This document shows positions 14,222 to 48,983 of a stretch of DNA of 64,000 nt, piece by piece (the stretch's first letter is position 1; each line of letters begins with the position of its first letter). The notes under the pieces are model-generated. The model was not told where the DNA came from and ran no database searches. It was given only the letters and a program-made list of their open reading frames with translations. This DNA comes from Amoebidium appalachense (taxonomy: Eukaryota; Protista; Ichthyosporea). Both the position numbers and the translations under genes were made by a program. Location: assembly GCA_963693365.1 (NCBI GenBank), contig CAVNZM010000010.1:9072554-9136553 (forward strand). The letters are read 5' to 3'.

Positions 14222-14693
14222 AAAAAACACCCTACGTCATTGGTGTCTAGCACCCCGTGGCTTGAAAAGGGTATTGCCTAAATAGGTAATGCATATGAGG
14301 TTGCTGGATATGGCCTAGCAGCACCGGGATACGGGGATTTAAGATATATGACAGAGTAGGAGGCACACATTCATGACGCCAACACACTTCTGCAAACAGT
14401 ATTGTGCATCATAAGCAAGGAATCATGACGTACAACACCACCGCAAACCTTCGGCATAGAAGATGCTGCATTATAGACAGAGCACGAATCTGCATACACA
14501 AAAATATATAACGCAAGCAATGCCAGGAGCCCCCCGGGGGGGGGGGGGGGGGGGGAGGGGGGAGGGGGGGGGGGGGGGGGGGGTTATAAACCAATCGCAT
14601 ATGAAGGCATGACGAAAGTTCTTTAAAAAAAGAAAAAACTAACCGGGAGCCCAGTGAGAGAGGAGGGACAGGGCGGGTGTTTTTTTTTTTTTT

Positions 14694-14724
<31 letters not shown>

Positions 14725-14726
14725 GG

Positions 14727-14774
<48 letters not shown>

Positions 14775-14867
14775 AGAGAGAGAAAATCACGTCTGGAAGT
14801 GTTCATGAGTCAGAGGGAGGACTTAGAGAAAAGGTGTTGTCGTACAGGTGTGTGGCTGGGCCCAGAT

Positions 14868-14900
<33 letters not shown>

Positions 14901-15210
14901 TGTGTGTGTATGTGTGTGGTAGTGGTGGTGGTGGTGGTGGTTTTTTTTGGGGGGGGGGGAGGAGGCGGAGGGGCCGCGGCTGTACGTAGTAAATGCAGCA
15001 CTCATGTCTCTGACCCATGGGCAGGTGCTGTGGAGCCTTTGTGGCCCACCGTGCCTTTATTTTATGGGCCTGCACCCAGCATGGCCGTAATAATGTTACA
15101 TATTGATGGTTGCCTTCGTGCATTGCTGCTTTCATTCATTCATGCCCCTCATTCACTTCACTGCGTCTCCCTTCGTGCATCCCTGCTGCCATATCCCCTC
15201 CCATTCACTC

Positions 15211-22185
<6,975 letters not shown>

Positions 22186-22805
22186 GTTGTCCTGCACACC
22201 ACCAACCGCTCAGCACTCGTACTTTACACTGTTCCGGCCCCCTCCTGTCTTCGTCCTACAGAAACACACACCCACGCAGTCACACACTCACGCATGCACA
22301 CGCACACACACACACGGCGAGAGCGTGCGAGAGAAAAAACGCACACTCTCTCAAGCACACGAACACACGCAGCACACAGACACACACGTGCACATACACG
22401 CAGTTGCCATCACACACACACACAGAGAACGTGTGTGTGTAGAAGACCGCGACACACACACAGACACGCACAGATGCACACAGACACGCACACATACACA
22501 AGACACGTACCCACCCACCCACACACGAACACTCGCACCCACATACCGCGTGCTGGGGGGTTGTGGCGTGGCTGGTGTCATGGTTGGTTGGTGTGCTGTG
22601 TGGCTGCCTGCTTGGCGCACCTTCCTTCTCGTTTAATTTGCAAAGGGCAACAACTATAGCTCCGGCTCGCTGCTAGCTAAAGGGCCCAAAACAGAGCGAG
22701 CTCAGCCAGAGTGCGGCAGAACTCTTTTTTATTTTTGTTTTGGATAAAAAGCATTTATAAGGGTGGTGCAGCCTTGACCAATGAAATCGCACAGGCACAA
22801 ACGAT

Positions 22806-22815
22806 GTGACGTCAC
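22806..22815. promoter_or_regulatory. CRE/ATF-like palindrome GTGACGTCAC in the divergent RINGv/CerS intergenic region
   Basis: Perfect 10-bp palindrome with a CCAAT about 25 bp away. A probable 5' UTR exon of the minus-strand gene ends near 22546. Confidence 0.45.
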
Positions 22816-24577
22816 GGGTGCCAGTCGTTCATGTGTAGTTTTGAAGAAAGTAGGTGGGGAAGTAAGGGAGGGTAGGTTGGCCGTAAACACGTCAAATGTG
22901 GTATGCTACAAAGATAAACGAGGAAATCGAACATGGATAGAGAAGGTGTAGAGTAGACGCACTGCTAGGAGTTCTGAGTTTGGGAATGATATGGGGCCGT
23001 CACTCAGAATGATGTCGGGTGGCGTATTAACAAGGTCTAGGAGGGGGGGCACTGGGGGTGGGGGGAGGAGGTGGGGTAGGGGGAGAAAGTAAGAATTGGG
23101 ACTAGCGAACTCGCTGCCGTGGTTGCCTTTTACTGAAAGGTACGGGAGACACCTGCAGCTGCGTTATCTGCCTTCAAGCTCCATCAGTTTCGTTTATTTG
23201 CCGCTTACTTGAGAGTTTGGGGTGGGTGTGGCACTGAACCAAGATAGGTCTCGGAGGGAAAGGGGTTACGGGTGGAGGGGGGGGGAGGGGGGGTGTGAAC
23301 AGCTGGCACGGGGATCCTGGGGTGACGCGTACGGTGGGGTAGCGAAGATTAGGGCAGCTTTGGGTTCATTTTTGGTGTGGGGAGGAAAGGGGGGGAGGGA
23401 GGAAATTGGGGAAGAAAAGGAAAGGCAGTAAAGTCAACCTCCACTTGTCAGCATGGCCTCCTTGAGGCTGTACGTCTGCACCAGACGCCTTGGAAGCTTA
23501 GCCGGCAGGGCCGTTCTGACCGTTGGCACTGCGGCAACGACTGCAACGAACGACAAACGTTGTACACACGTGAAATACGCAAGTTGCCACCGGTCATGGC
23601 AGCTACGTGACTTTATGCTAATCGGTAAGCCCAAGAGGGGCCGGTCTTACACAGGGTCTGCAAACATGTTTTGAGACTCCCAGCCAACATATCACAGTCG
23701 AAACAAAAGCAAAATAAACTGCACATCACCTCCCTCAGATTAGTTTGATGCCTGAAACCCGGTCTCTCGCCTTAAAGTGCTATCGATAGATATAGCTGCC
23801 TCAAATGTAGATGCTGTGATACTAGTGCGAGGCCCCTCTCCAGGGCCCTTAACTCGAACTATTTCTGCTCCCTATTTCAAACCCTGTTCGAGATCAAGAT
23901 CTGTCAGAGGTATCCATGATATAACATATTTCAGATATAAACATAAATAGTAATAAGAAAGTAGTTATTGTATATATAAACAAAAAAGTAGTTGTCACAC
24001 AACCTTATACCCATCTTTTTGTAATGTTGCGCTGCATTGCGAGGTGCACTGAAATACATGTTAGGAGGCTCCGGAGCCGAGCTACTGTGATCACGATACT
24101 AACCAAATAAGGATTTACGGGTTAACTGCCTTACCAATCAGCGCTCGACTGCGACCAGCCCTTTTGCCGGCTTTAGCCTACCGGCCGCCGCCATGCACCA
24201 GCGCTGCAGGCCAACGCCAGCCAGTTGGAGACTGACCAGGGCCGCGGAGGAAGCACTCATGATTAGCTTACCGGAGGAGGCCGAGGGGTGGATCAGGCCC
24301 ACAGACAGAGATAGAAGGGTTTTTAACGCGTGCACGCAGCAGTGCACGCGCGCTAGAAGCCCGCACGGGCACGCACGCACGCTAAGCTACAGGCAGCTCG
24401 GGTGGTCGTGAGTTTTGGCGTATTGATGTAGAGGTCGGGGGTGAGTGGTTTTGGCACCGCACAAGCCGCTTAGAGCGGCTTCTGGAGGGCCGTAATAGCA
24501 GTGAAGGTCCAGCTAGACGCACTAGATTGCCACACCGCGTGGGCGGGTCTGTGAGGGTGCTGAGGAGGGGCTGGAGT

Positions 24578-34805
<10,228 letters not shown>

Positions 34806-35231
34806 CAGCGCCCCATTACTTTTAATGTCATGGATCGATAGCGGGCACTCACACTTGTGTGTTGTAGCATGTTGCAACCTAAATGTGTGCGCGTAGCGCA
34901 CAGACAACACCTAGCCTTAAAAAGAAACATAGGATTCATACACCATACTTGACAGTACGAGATACGGGATAAGTGGCTAGAACATTTGATGTAATGAAGT
35001 GATAATGGCATTAGGAAATCGATATAACATGCATACACACACTAGGGGGACATGGTGGAACAACAGATGATGAAATACACATTAGCACGTGGCCTAGTAC
35101 ATAGTGTGGGTGCTGTAGCTATTTGGAGCATGTATGTATGTGTGCTGTAGCTATTTATAGCATGTACAGTCTGCACACGGCCTGCTTGTAGCCAGGCCTC
35201 GATTCATTAAATCAGCAGGGCCCCAGGGGGG

Positions 35232-38935
<3,704 letters not shown>

Positions 38936-41334
38936 CTCGCTTGACTTGTCTTGTGGTTGTGTGCTATGGAACTTCGTTTTTTCTTTTTGCCCCACTGGCT
39001 AGCTCGGCCTGAGTGGACTGGCCGCAGCCTGCTGCACGGATTACGTAAGCTGCATACCTGGAGATTTGGGGTTTTGCTTAGCAGTTGGTTGCAATCGAAT
39101 GCGATCGTGCTGAGTCAAGGCATGGAAATTTTTGGATCTGGGCGGGTTCCTTGGCTCTTGCCGTTGTGACTTCGAAATTGCATCGCAACTGGCTTCTTAG
39201 TCACGGTGGTGGACGAAAACCACATATGCATGTGTGGTGAATCAGTGGGAATATTAATCCGTGTGTTCATAGGCCTCACACAATGCAACTTCGAACTGTG
39301 AAATTTTGGAAGGCCACACGGCCGACATGCCATTGCCTTGAAATTATTTTTATTTTATTTTTTTAATAATGGATTTTATTTCGACAGGGCAAAGAATGGA
39401 TATATAGTACAGTTGCCATAGACACGACGAGATAGTCGCTGAGATAGCTTCACCGGATATCCAACGATATATACTTGTAATTATCACATGGCGCCATTTT
39501 ACACTTGTAGATCATCTGATGCGAATTGGCCGAGCCTTTGCTTTGAAAACGGAACCATTCGGATCCGATAGGTTTACTATATACTGCGTAGCTATGTAGC
39601 TACCATGATCCAACCATATGCCTCCATCACCTATAGCCGTTAATTGAAAAATGCAATGTGCGGCTCTGTTATGACCATGCTGAGGCATGGCTGACTCGAA
39701 CCAACAATGCGGCTGCCGCAGGGCTGTCATATGTACGTGCGTGCTAAATATAGAATTTGGAATACATTTTACATGCCGACTGAAGGGGAAGGGGACGAGG
39801 GGGGGAGGGGGGGGGTTGGATGGGTAGGGGGGGGGGGGGGGGGGGGGGGGGGTCGCAAAAAGGTTTTGCACTGGGCATTCTTTACGCTCGAAGACTCCGG
39901 CACTAACAAGTACTCGGGTTAAAATATGAGATTCAATTGGTTTGGGCTACTTTTTGTGCCACGTTTGCCCAGCCAAACTTATGTACACCTAGTAGACCTC
40001 TCATTCCTTCGCGCAGGGAGGGGCGGGGGGGGGGGGGGCGGGGGAGAAGGCCTAAAGGGAGGAGGGGGGGGGGGGGGGGGGGGGGGGGATTGATGCCATT
40101 GATTAATGAAGGCTTGAGAGATATTGGTTTGGAGATGTTTTGTATAAGATTCAACACAGCGTCAATAGAAACAAAATTTGGCCATAGTTCTTTTTTGTGT
40201 AGTCACGGATGCATGTGCATGTCTGGGGACCCAGCCTCAAAAAATGGCCAACTGCATCTTCCAGTGCAGCCAATCAGATACGGCCACTAGCATGATATCA
40301 TCATGGCGACAACCGTGTATTCTTAGTGAGGGCTCGCGGGCTCCTATATAGGCCTCGAATCAGCAGCACTAGCGCATGAATGAAAGGCCTCAAACATCAG
40401 GCTGATATCAACAGACCTGTAGCTACCCAATCATCATGATATATACGTGACCGGCGACCGGATGTTGTGTGCGTACACTTGGATAAGTTACCTAATCATA
40501 ATATGTTATGTCTCGACTCGTGCACACGATATGCATGTGCATCATCATGGTCTGCTCTGATACACCCCCTGCTTCTCCCCCCTCCTCCCCCTACCGTGCT
40601 CACGAGCAGCCTAGGCCTTCTCTGACCCCTACCCTCAAAGTTTTTTTTCCGACCCTACACACACCGTAGTAAACAATTGCAAGTGTGCACACAGGCAGAG
40701 GCCAGCGTGAACGTAGATGTTGTCCACCATCGCACACAACACTTGAACTGCAGGGCGTGCATGAGAGAATACACAGGGCATTACTCCATCTGAGGGTGAA
40801 GGGAAAAACGGACGACAGCACCGACCCTTTCCGGAGACACCAGAAAACCACAAATGCACAGAGCCTCAAAAACAGCGAAGGCCACAGCATACACCCAACA
40901 CACCAGCCACTGTGCCACATGCACAGAGGCCACACCAGGCACACACCACATGGACCAATCCACTACCCACACAGCGCGTAGGACTATGGGCCCGATTGGA
41001 CAAGAGACAGTGTGATCCGCATCATTGATTATATTATTAATCATTTAATTTAACGGGGCTTCACCACTAATATAGCATTTACACTATTCACATTATTCAA
41101 CAGTGTGTCCCCACCAGGGGGCTCATCGAATCAATTGGCCAGGCGCCGATTAGGCCGCCGGGGTCTATTTCCTATATACAAACATTACGAGAACCATACG
41201 GAGGCCGGATTCATGTTCCGGCCGTTGGCTGTGTCTACCAAATCAACAGTTTAAAAGTATGCAACCACAGCGCCGGGCCAAAGCCACGGGGGCGGGCAGC
41301 AAACCAACATTCATGCATGCATAACGGGTGGGGT

Positions 41335-43265
41335 CTAAGCATCTAGTGCACGGCCCATCTTAGTGATCAGGGCCCATAGGGTCTCGGCCTGGCGCTGCTG
41401 GGTGCGACGGTAGCGGCGGAAGGCCGTGTCGAAGGGCTTGGGCACGTGCACGCCGTAGCGGTGGGGCAGCCAGTCCAGCAGGTCGTTCCAGCGGGCCACC
41501 ACAAAGTCCTCCTGGTGTGCCAGTTGCTTGGTCACGTTGTCCACCACCCCGCCCTTCTTGGCCTTGGGCTTGCTGTCAGCTTCCTTGGCTGGGGCCTGGT
41601 GGGGTATGTCCACAACAAACAGCTCGGGCAGCCGCCAGAACCGGTAGCCCCCCACGTGCATCTCAAGCACCTGCTGTGCATAGTTGCCGCCGCGGTTGAC
41701 AAACGTCTCATTAAACAAAGGAAGGGGTGTGCGGGCCACATAGTAGGGCTCGAAGCGGCTGACATAGGGCAGGGGGTCGACGGTGTCACTCAGGACCCAG
41801 GCATAGTGGTTTGTAGGCACATATGCCGGGCTGAAGTACAGGTGCATGGGCTTGGCCTTGCCCTCCAGGAAAGCCTCGACAAGCAAATCCTTGCTCAGTG
41901 TGTCGCTGCTCTGTGCCCGCTGGTACATCTGGGCAAGCCGCTCGGCACCCATCTCAACGGCAGGGGGCACATAGGCCTCCAGCCCCGGGCAGTCTCTGTT
42001 GACACCGTGGGAGGATGCTGCCCTCAGAGTGTGGGCCACATAGGTGGTCATGGGGGCACTGGGGGTCACGTCCACGTCCAGCACAAACACCCAGGGAAGG
42101 GAGATGGGCTGCTGGGCCATGTTGCGCAGCATGTTGATGGGGTAGAAGGCGTCGGCATCAGAGGAGGTGTGGTCCAGGCGCCACACAAGGTGGATGGCAA
42201 GGTGCTTCTTGAGCACTGGCTGGGCCGCAATGACCCCAAGCACGTCCTGCGCCTGCTGCTGGCTGTCCACAAGCAGCGCAAAGGACACGGGGCCCTTCCA
42301 GAGCTGTGTCAGACGCACAAGGTGCTGTGGGGGGGAGGTGGTGTAAGTACAGATGGCTGGATGTGAGTAATTTCACTTGGACTATATGTAGGCACCCTTG
42401 TACTCTGCTAATCCTAATATTTGCTTGCATGCAATGACCTGCAAATCACACATGCACATGCAACAACCTAAAAGAATGCACGTGCACACACAGCCCAGCC
42501 GAATCAAATACACACCTGAATGCGGTTGAATGTTCCCTGCGAAGCAACGGCAATGGCGTTGCCCTTCTTCAACGCTGCCAGGTTGGGGTTCTTCCAGTCG
42601 TCGCCCTTGAAAAAGAACGGCCGGAAAGCAAACGTTTTGTTGTACAGCACACGTGTTTCATACACATCGCTGTTTGTGCCCTGTGTTGCAATTTCGAGGT
42701 ATTTGGGGGTGGGGCTATCGCAAACGCGCAGGCCACGGATGTTTGCACCGCCAAAGCAAAAACTGCGGCCTGAGGGGGCATCTGCAGGAGCAGGCACCAT
42801 GCCGTACTCGTGCGCACGGCACTGTCTGGTGTGTGGCTGGGCAAGAGCACGCTTTGTGTATGCCTGGCGGGGCTTCGAGGACAAGCCGGAGGACACCCGG
42901 GCATACGTGGCAGCAGGCAGCTCCACCCCGTACCTGTGCGCACCCATGTACTCGGCATACTGCCTCTGTGTGGCCGCAATGGACTCCTGCAGCGTATATG
43001 CCTCATCGGCCATGGACGACAGCTTCAGGTGCCTGCGCACATCGCTCTTGGGTCTAACACTGTCCCGAAATAGCTGATTTAGATTAATGTAGACACTGGT
43101 TTGCGTGTCTGTGCTCACAAGAACAAAAAGAGCCGCCGCAGAAATAACAGCAATTAGAAGAGCACGAAACCCTCTCATACAGAACCCACCCTGCACACCG
43201 GCTGAGTGCAAGTTGGCCCTAGCACGCCCAAGAACGGGCGAATTTGGCTTCATCGTGATTTGCAT
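41335..43265 (-). CDS. Type II membrane glycosyltransferase, GT49 family (LARGE glucuronyltransferase domain / B4GAT1-like); 2 exons, about 579 aa
   Basis: Exons 43265-42516 and 42324-41335 with a phase-0 GT-AG intron. N-terminal TM (LLIAVISAAALFVLVS), IAVASQGTFNRIQ|HLVRLTQLWKGPVSFAL, FYPINMLRNMA, DXD in VFVLDVD and FEPYYV. The start codon could be a downstream Met. Confidence 0.85.
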
Positions 43266-44368
43266 TTTTATGCTCGGTGACGACTTCGCTCCAGCGAAAA
43301 AAAAGGTGGGAGTGAAGTGGACTGTTGCTAGCACTGCGTTGAGGAAAAAATCATTGTCCTTTAGCCCCTTGCAACTACTTGACTTGCGTATTATGGGTGT
43401 GAAAAGACAACCCTCTGCTAGGTTTAAATTTTTGCGAAAATCGTTATATAATTATAAATGGCACAGCGCAAAAGGAAAAATTCAAGAGATTTTCCGTGTG
43501 TGGTGGTTTAGAATATTGCTCATAGTTTTATGCTCTCCAAACGCATGTGCACATATCAAATAATGTGACTAACTAGCTAGCTTTAGGCTGTATTAAACTA
43601 TATAAAAATGAGCTATTAAAGCTAAGGTTACGTCGACCTCTTTCGGACGTGAGACGAAACTGAAAACTGACTGAGTGGTGGGAAAGGCATGGCTGTTTTG
43701 AGGCGCGGCGCCCGCTGGTCAAGGCGTGACACCCGTCGCACATTTGTGGTCGTCTATGAACAGCCAATCAGTCTAATCAAAGGATCTGGAACTGATGTCC
43801 ATTGTGATTGTCGACCAATCGTAGCTGGAAATTTGTTGTGATGAGGAGCGCGGCAGTATGTCGTTTGAATTGCGATAATTATGGCTATCATATTTACATT
43901 AAATGTTAGGTAATGTACCATAAAGAGGTTGAAGTTTGAAAAATAGACCTTTTAATATTAAATAACAAACATATTAGAGCGTTAGGTGCATTTTAGTTGT
44001 TGGCGTTTTGCCCCCATTTTTAACACTGTATCTCATTCCGGATCGCCAACGGATATTTTGAATGGGAAAGCCAATCAAAGCGGATTGGTGAGATACTCAA
44101 TTGGACATGAGGATGATAGGCTGGCTGCCGCAGCGTCGGCCGGCGCGTTGCCGCGGGCGTCCTTGAAGGGTCCTGTCCCAGAGTTCGATTTTTCAATGCT
44201 TATGTTAATAAAGGACTGTTTGGAAGACCCTAATTGTATTTCAAATTACATGAATGTGAAATGAATACATTTGTAACATTCAATAATAAGGGTGGTCGGC
44301 ACTCCACCAGCCACTTCAAGCTGTGCACAAAGCCAGTCGCGGGCAGCCAGCAGCAGCTGGGAACCTGA

Positions 44369-44820
44369 CAGAGATGGGGCGGAAGGTTTCGGGCTGGTCT
44401 GGTCTGGTCAGCCCGACCCGAAATTTTTTCGTGCTGGAAACGGTTGTTGGGCTGGCGGGTACTACCAAAAATAGCTAATGAATAACCAAATATAGCTAAC
44501 CTGTTTGCGCAAAAATGACCTGGGTGGCGCACTCTGTGGCGTCATATATGGGCTTCGGGACCAACCCAGCCCACACTCAAAACATACGGTGACATCCACT
44601 CACATAAACCTACAAAATGTTGAATCTGCACGGGGTTTTCCAAGTCACACATACTCTGTTACTGCTGGGGGGACGCCAGATCATCATCCTACACACGCCA
44701 GCCCAAACGCCCTACTGAGCCCAACCCGAAAATGTTTCGGGTTGGTCTGGTCATGCCCAACCCGAATTTTTTTCGGGCTGGAACGGGCTGACCAGACCAG
44801 ACCAGACCGCCCCATCTCTG
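44369..44820. mobile_element. Non-autonomous hAT-like element (MITE), 452 bp
   Basis: Perfect 14-bp TIR CAGAGATGGGGCGG / CCGCCCCATCTCTG, with subterminal TGGTC/GACCA and ACCCGAA repeats at both ends. The target-site duplication is not intact. Confidence 0.72.
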
Positions 44821-45558
44821 CATCTGAGATGGACTCGGATGGTTCGCACCGATTGGTGAGAGATCACCTATATCCTGCGGCATTCCCATCGAACATTTTG
44901 TACGAAATTCCAAAGAAACGGAAAAAAGAATGGGCTCAGGCACACATATGGCCCCGCTTTTATGCATAAGAAGATAATTGCGTATTTACAAATACAATTT
45001 GTGCTATCGCCAAGCGCTCTGTTTTTTTTACGACACCAGGTATTATTAGCCCGCCACGAGCTCCGTACCTTCCTGTTCCTATTGAAGATTCGAAGATTAA
45101 GACGTTGCAGGCTATAGCCAATTAAAAATAAGCTAAATCAATTGGTAAATTCTGATTGGCGGATACAATAGATCTATGCTACCGAGCTAATGATTGGTTA
45201 AGCATGGGACTGGCGAGTCAATCGGAAGTGCCTCCGGCTGGAAGTGAAACACCCCCGGGCCGATGCCCCCAGATCTAACACGTGGAGCCCATGGTTTGCA
45301 TTCCAACTTTTCCTGTACACGTGTGTGATATTGAATCTCTTGGTGAAGCTCTAACGTTTGCCTGCCAACAACGGGCCATGGCCAAAGCCCGGCCCGACAG
45401 CCTATGTATGCCATGCACATGCATTACAAAGTAACACACATGTGTGGCCCACTTGCCCAGGTGAGCGGCTACAAATACTACTACGGTAGCCTGAGACTCC
45501 CCCCCCCCCCCCCCCCCCCCCCCCCTCCAGGCATCCCCCCCGCCCCCAGCCCGCCCTT

Positions 45559-45644
<86 letters not shown>

Positions 45645-45731
45645 ACACACACACACACATGCACACTGATCATGACACACACAGACACACACACACACAC
45701 ACACACATGCACACACACACACACACACACA

Positions 45732-45833
<102 letters not shown>

Positions 45834-45878
45834 CACACTGATCATGACACACACAGACACACACACACACACACACAT

Positions 45879-45977
<99 letters not shown>

Positions 45978-46394
45978 ATCATGAGTCCATGCCCCCCCCC
46001 CCCCCCCCCCCCCAAATAAAAAAGCCTTCACACACAACGTTAACCCACCCCTATTATCCCACCAACACACCCACACAGGAGCACTCAGCAGCCGCTCTCC
46101 GACCTTAGTGGGCTGCAGGCACAGCGGCGGCAGCATCTGATTGGCCAGCAGGCAGAAGAGGCTGTGCCGGCACTGCGGGCCAGCCACGAGCAGACAGAGG
46201 GGTTGGGTGTCGGGGTGTGGAGGCTAGACTAGACACAGTCAGAGTTGGCCTGGCTATAGCTACCACACGTGTACGGGTAGGCACACCCAGTGGGCTTGTT
46301 GTGAAGGGCCACGGTATAACATTGGTTGGGCAGGGTGTGGGTGAATGTGTGTGGTGGTGGTGGTGGCCATGGTGGTTGCTGGGAGAGGGGAGAG

Positions 46395-46431
<37 letters not shown>

Positions 46432-47386
46432 GGAGGAGGGGGAAGGGGATGTGCAGGCGCATGGGATCAGCTCCCCTTTAGTTGATCTATCTGTTTCGGA
46501 ATTTATAGCACTAGGACACAATTTGCACCATGAAATGATTATCTACTGTCATGATCACACTTGCAAATTCATAAGTTGACGAGACCCGGGTGTGAAACCA
46601 CATATGCACGTGCATGCAAACCGACCTACACAACTCTGTCACCATCTAAACACACCAAGAGTATACAATGGCAGTCATACCGAACCATAGCAAGAAGGCT
46701 TCTACCTGGCATACACACTAATTAGGCTATCACACTCAATGAACGACCCTATCTCACGAGCACACTAGGCTACACTTGGGATGATCCACCCAATATACAC
46801 ACATTGTCAAGTTGAACACCACACCAAAGACCTTAGGCCCATTACTTCTTGCCCCATTCCACGCAACATGGTACTGTAAGCTAATCTGTCTACTATATTA
46901 ATAGCATCTGCACTAGGTTACACTAACCCAATATATCCACCGAGCTCGAGACTGCCACCCACATATTACGAGATATGACGTTAAACGGGGCCACTGTGTT
47001 CCATATATGGCCAACTGGCTTACATGGTGTTCGGCTATAGGCATTTGCTCACAGCTTCAGGCAACATAATTAATAGGGGCACTGGAGGGCAGAGGGGGGG
47101 GGGGGGGGGGGGGAGGGGGGGGGGGGGGGGGGGGGGGGAAGCCCTAATCGCAGGCAGACACACGGTGGAGCAGGAGGAAGAAGGAAGAGGGGGGGGGGGC
47201 ATACATAAACACGGGCACACCTGCAAAGGCACAGAGGTTGGTCAAATACGAACTTAGTTTATGCCAAGTTCATATATGGGGCCGGGCTGGCGGCCTCAAT
47301 ATTAATGGACTTGTTTATGACCCCCCCCCCCCCCCCCCTCCCCCCGAGACTCCCCCTCCTCTCCCCCTTCCCCCCCCTCCCCTCCC

Positions 47387-47417
<31 letters not shown>

Positions 47418-47627
47418 ACACACCACGACCACCACCACAACTTGAAACGTACACACACACAAGTGCACACCCACACGTGCACACACACATAAAAAAACAA
47501 ATTTAAAAAAAACGAACCTTCTCTTATGCCTCAAATCCTGCCTGTTACTTCCTGCATGTTACTCAGTGTGTGACACAGCGCTTTTCATTCTTTCTTGTTT
47601 GTTCCTTTAACCCATCTACACCGTCCC

Positions 47628-47658
<31 letters not shown>

Positions 47659-47667
47659 AAAGAAAAG

Positions 47668-47701
<34 letters not shown>

Positions 47702-47927
47702 TTGCCCTCTCGGAATAAAACACTAAGCATGTCATAAACTCGAGTCAGGCTATGGGTATGGATGTTTGGGGCTCCCACTGAAGGCGGGGTCTGCCTTTAT
47801 CCCTTTATATTTTGTAAACTCGCGCCGCTCGCGTGCTCGCTTACATACAGATCCGCTCTGTATTCGCTATGTACTTGATCACTCGAATGGAACAAAAGTC
47901 GCATGATGGATCAGCCATCAGCGCGCG

Positions 47928-48000
47928 TACCTTTTGGCTTAGCGGTTAGAGCTCCCAGCTTGCAGCCGCGAGGATTGAGGTTCGAATCCTGAATCCGCCA
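47928..48000 (+). pseudogene. Degenerate tRNA-Ala(TGC)-like sequence (tRNA pseudogene or SINE head)
   Basis: A box TGGCTTAGCGG, D-stem GCTT/GAGC, loop CT-TGC-AG and B box GGTTCGAATCC at tRNA spacing. The acceptor stem does not pair and the anticodon stem has mismatches. Confidence 0.65.
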
Positions 48001-48537
48001 CGCCAAATTTTGTGTCCCCGAGACGCATCAAAGTTTACAATTTTCTCTGCATGTTTGTTTGCCTGCCTTGAGTTTCTCCGTTCCCCCCCCCCCCCCCCCC
48101 CCCCCCCTCTCCCACCTGCCTCCCTTGCTGTGCACTTTGAGGGGCTGGTGCGCAACATGCATCAACGCTACAGCCAGGCAAACCCTGGGCCACCGCCGCC
48201 CACCACCAGGCCGCCCACGGCACACCCACCCGTTCAAACTCGCACCCACCCGGCCTAGGCCTCCCTGCTGAGATCTCCTCGTTTCACGTAAGGATTGCAG
48301 GAGGGGTTTAAAGTTTAGATCCCTCCCCTACACACACACCACACATACACGACACAAAACACAACACACATACACACACACAAACACACACAACACACAC
48401 ACACACGCCCACACACACGCACACACGTACACGCACGCACACACACACACACACACACACATACACACGCACACACACACCCACGAATTTGAATTCGAAC
48501 GCTCGCGCACGCGCACAGACACACCCACGTGCGCGCG

Positions 48538-48576
<39 letters not shown>

Positions 48577-48710
48577 TTTCAAACACACACAGCCCCTCAC
48601 ATCCGTTGTTCATCCAGCTTAAAAAGGACACAGAAGAGTGCATAAAACCATGCAAGATAGACACAAGGCACTCCCAAGACTTGAGTGCCCACATCGTCCT
48701 TTATCTTTCC

Positions 48711-48747
<37 letters not shown>

Positions 48748-48949
48748 CTTCCCCCCCTCTGCCCATCCTTTTAACCCCTGACTTCACCTCCAACAGCCAC
48801 CATATCCCACCCTATCTACATACCATAAGGAACCGTGACTGGAACTGACTTGAAATGCCTCCCGGCCCCCTCCCCCCCCTCCCCCCCCCCCCCCCCTACC
48901 CCCTACCCCCAACACCACCACCACTAGGCTACCTCTAAACAACCTGCCG

Positions 48950-48983
<34 letters not shown>

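Noticed and set aside
41150-41168. GGGTCTAT end resembling the ISL2EU-like MITE terminus
   Set aside because: No matching inverted partner was found in the window.
45205-45275. Possible second tRNA-like sequence
   Set aside because: No B box and no cloverleaf could be formed.
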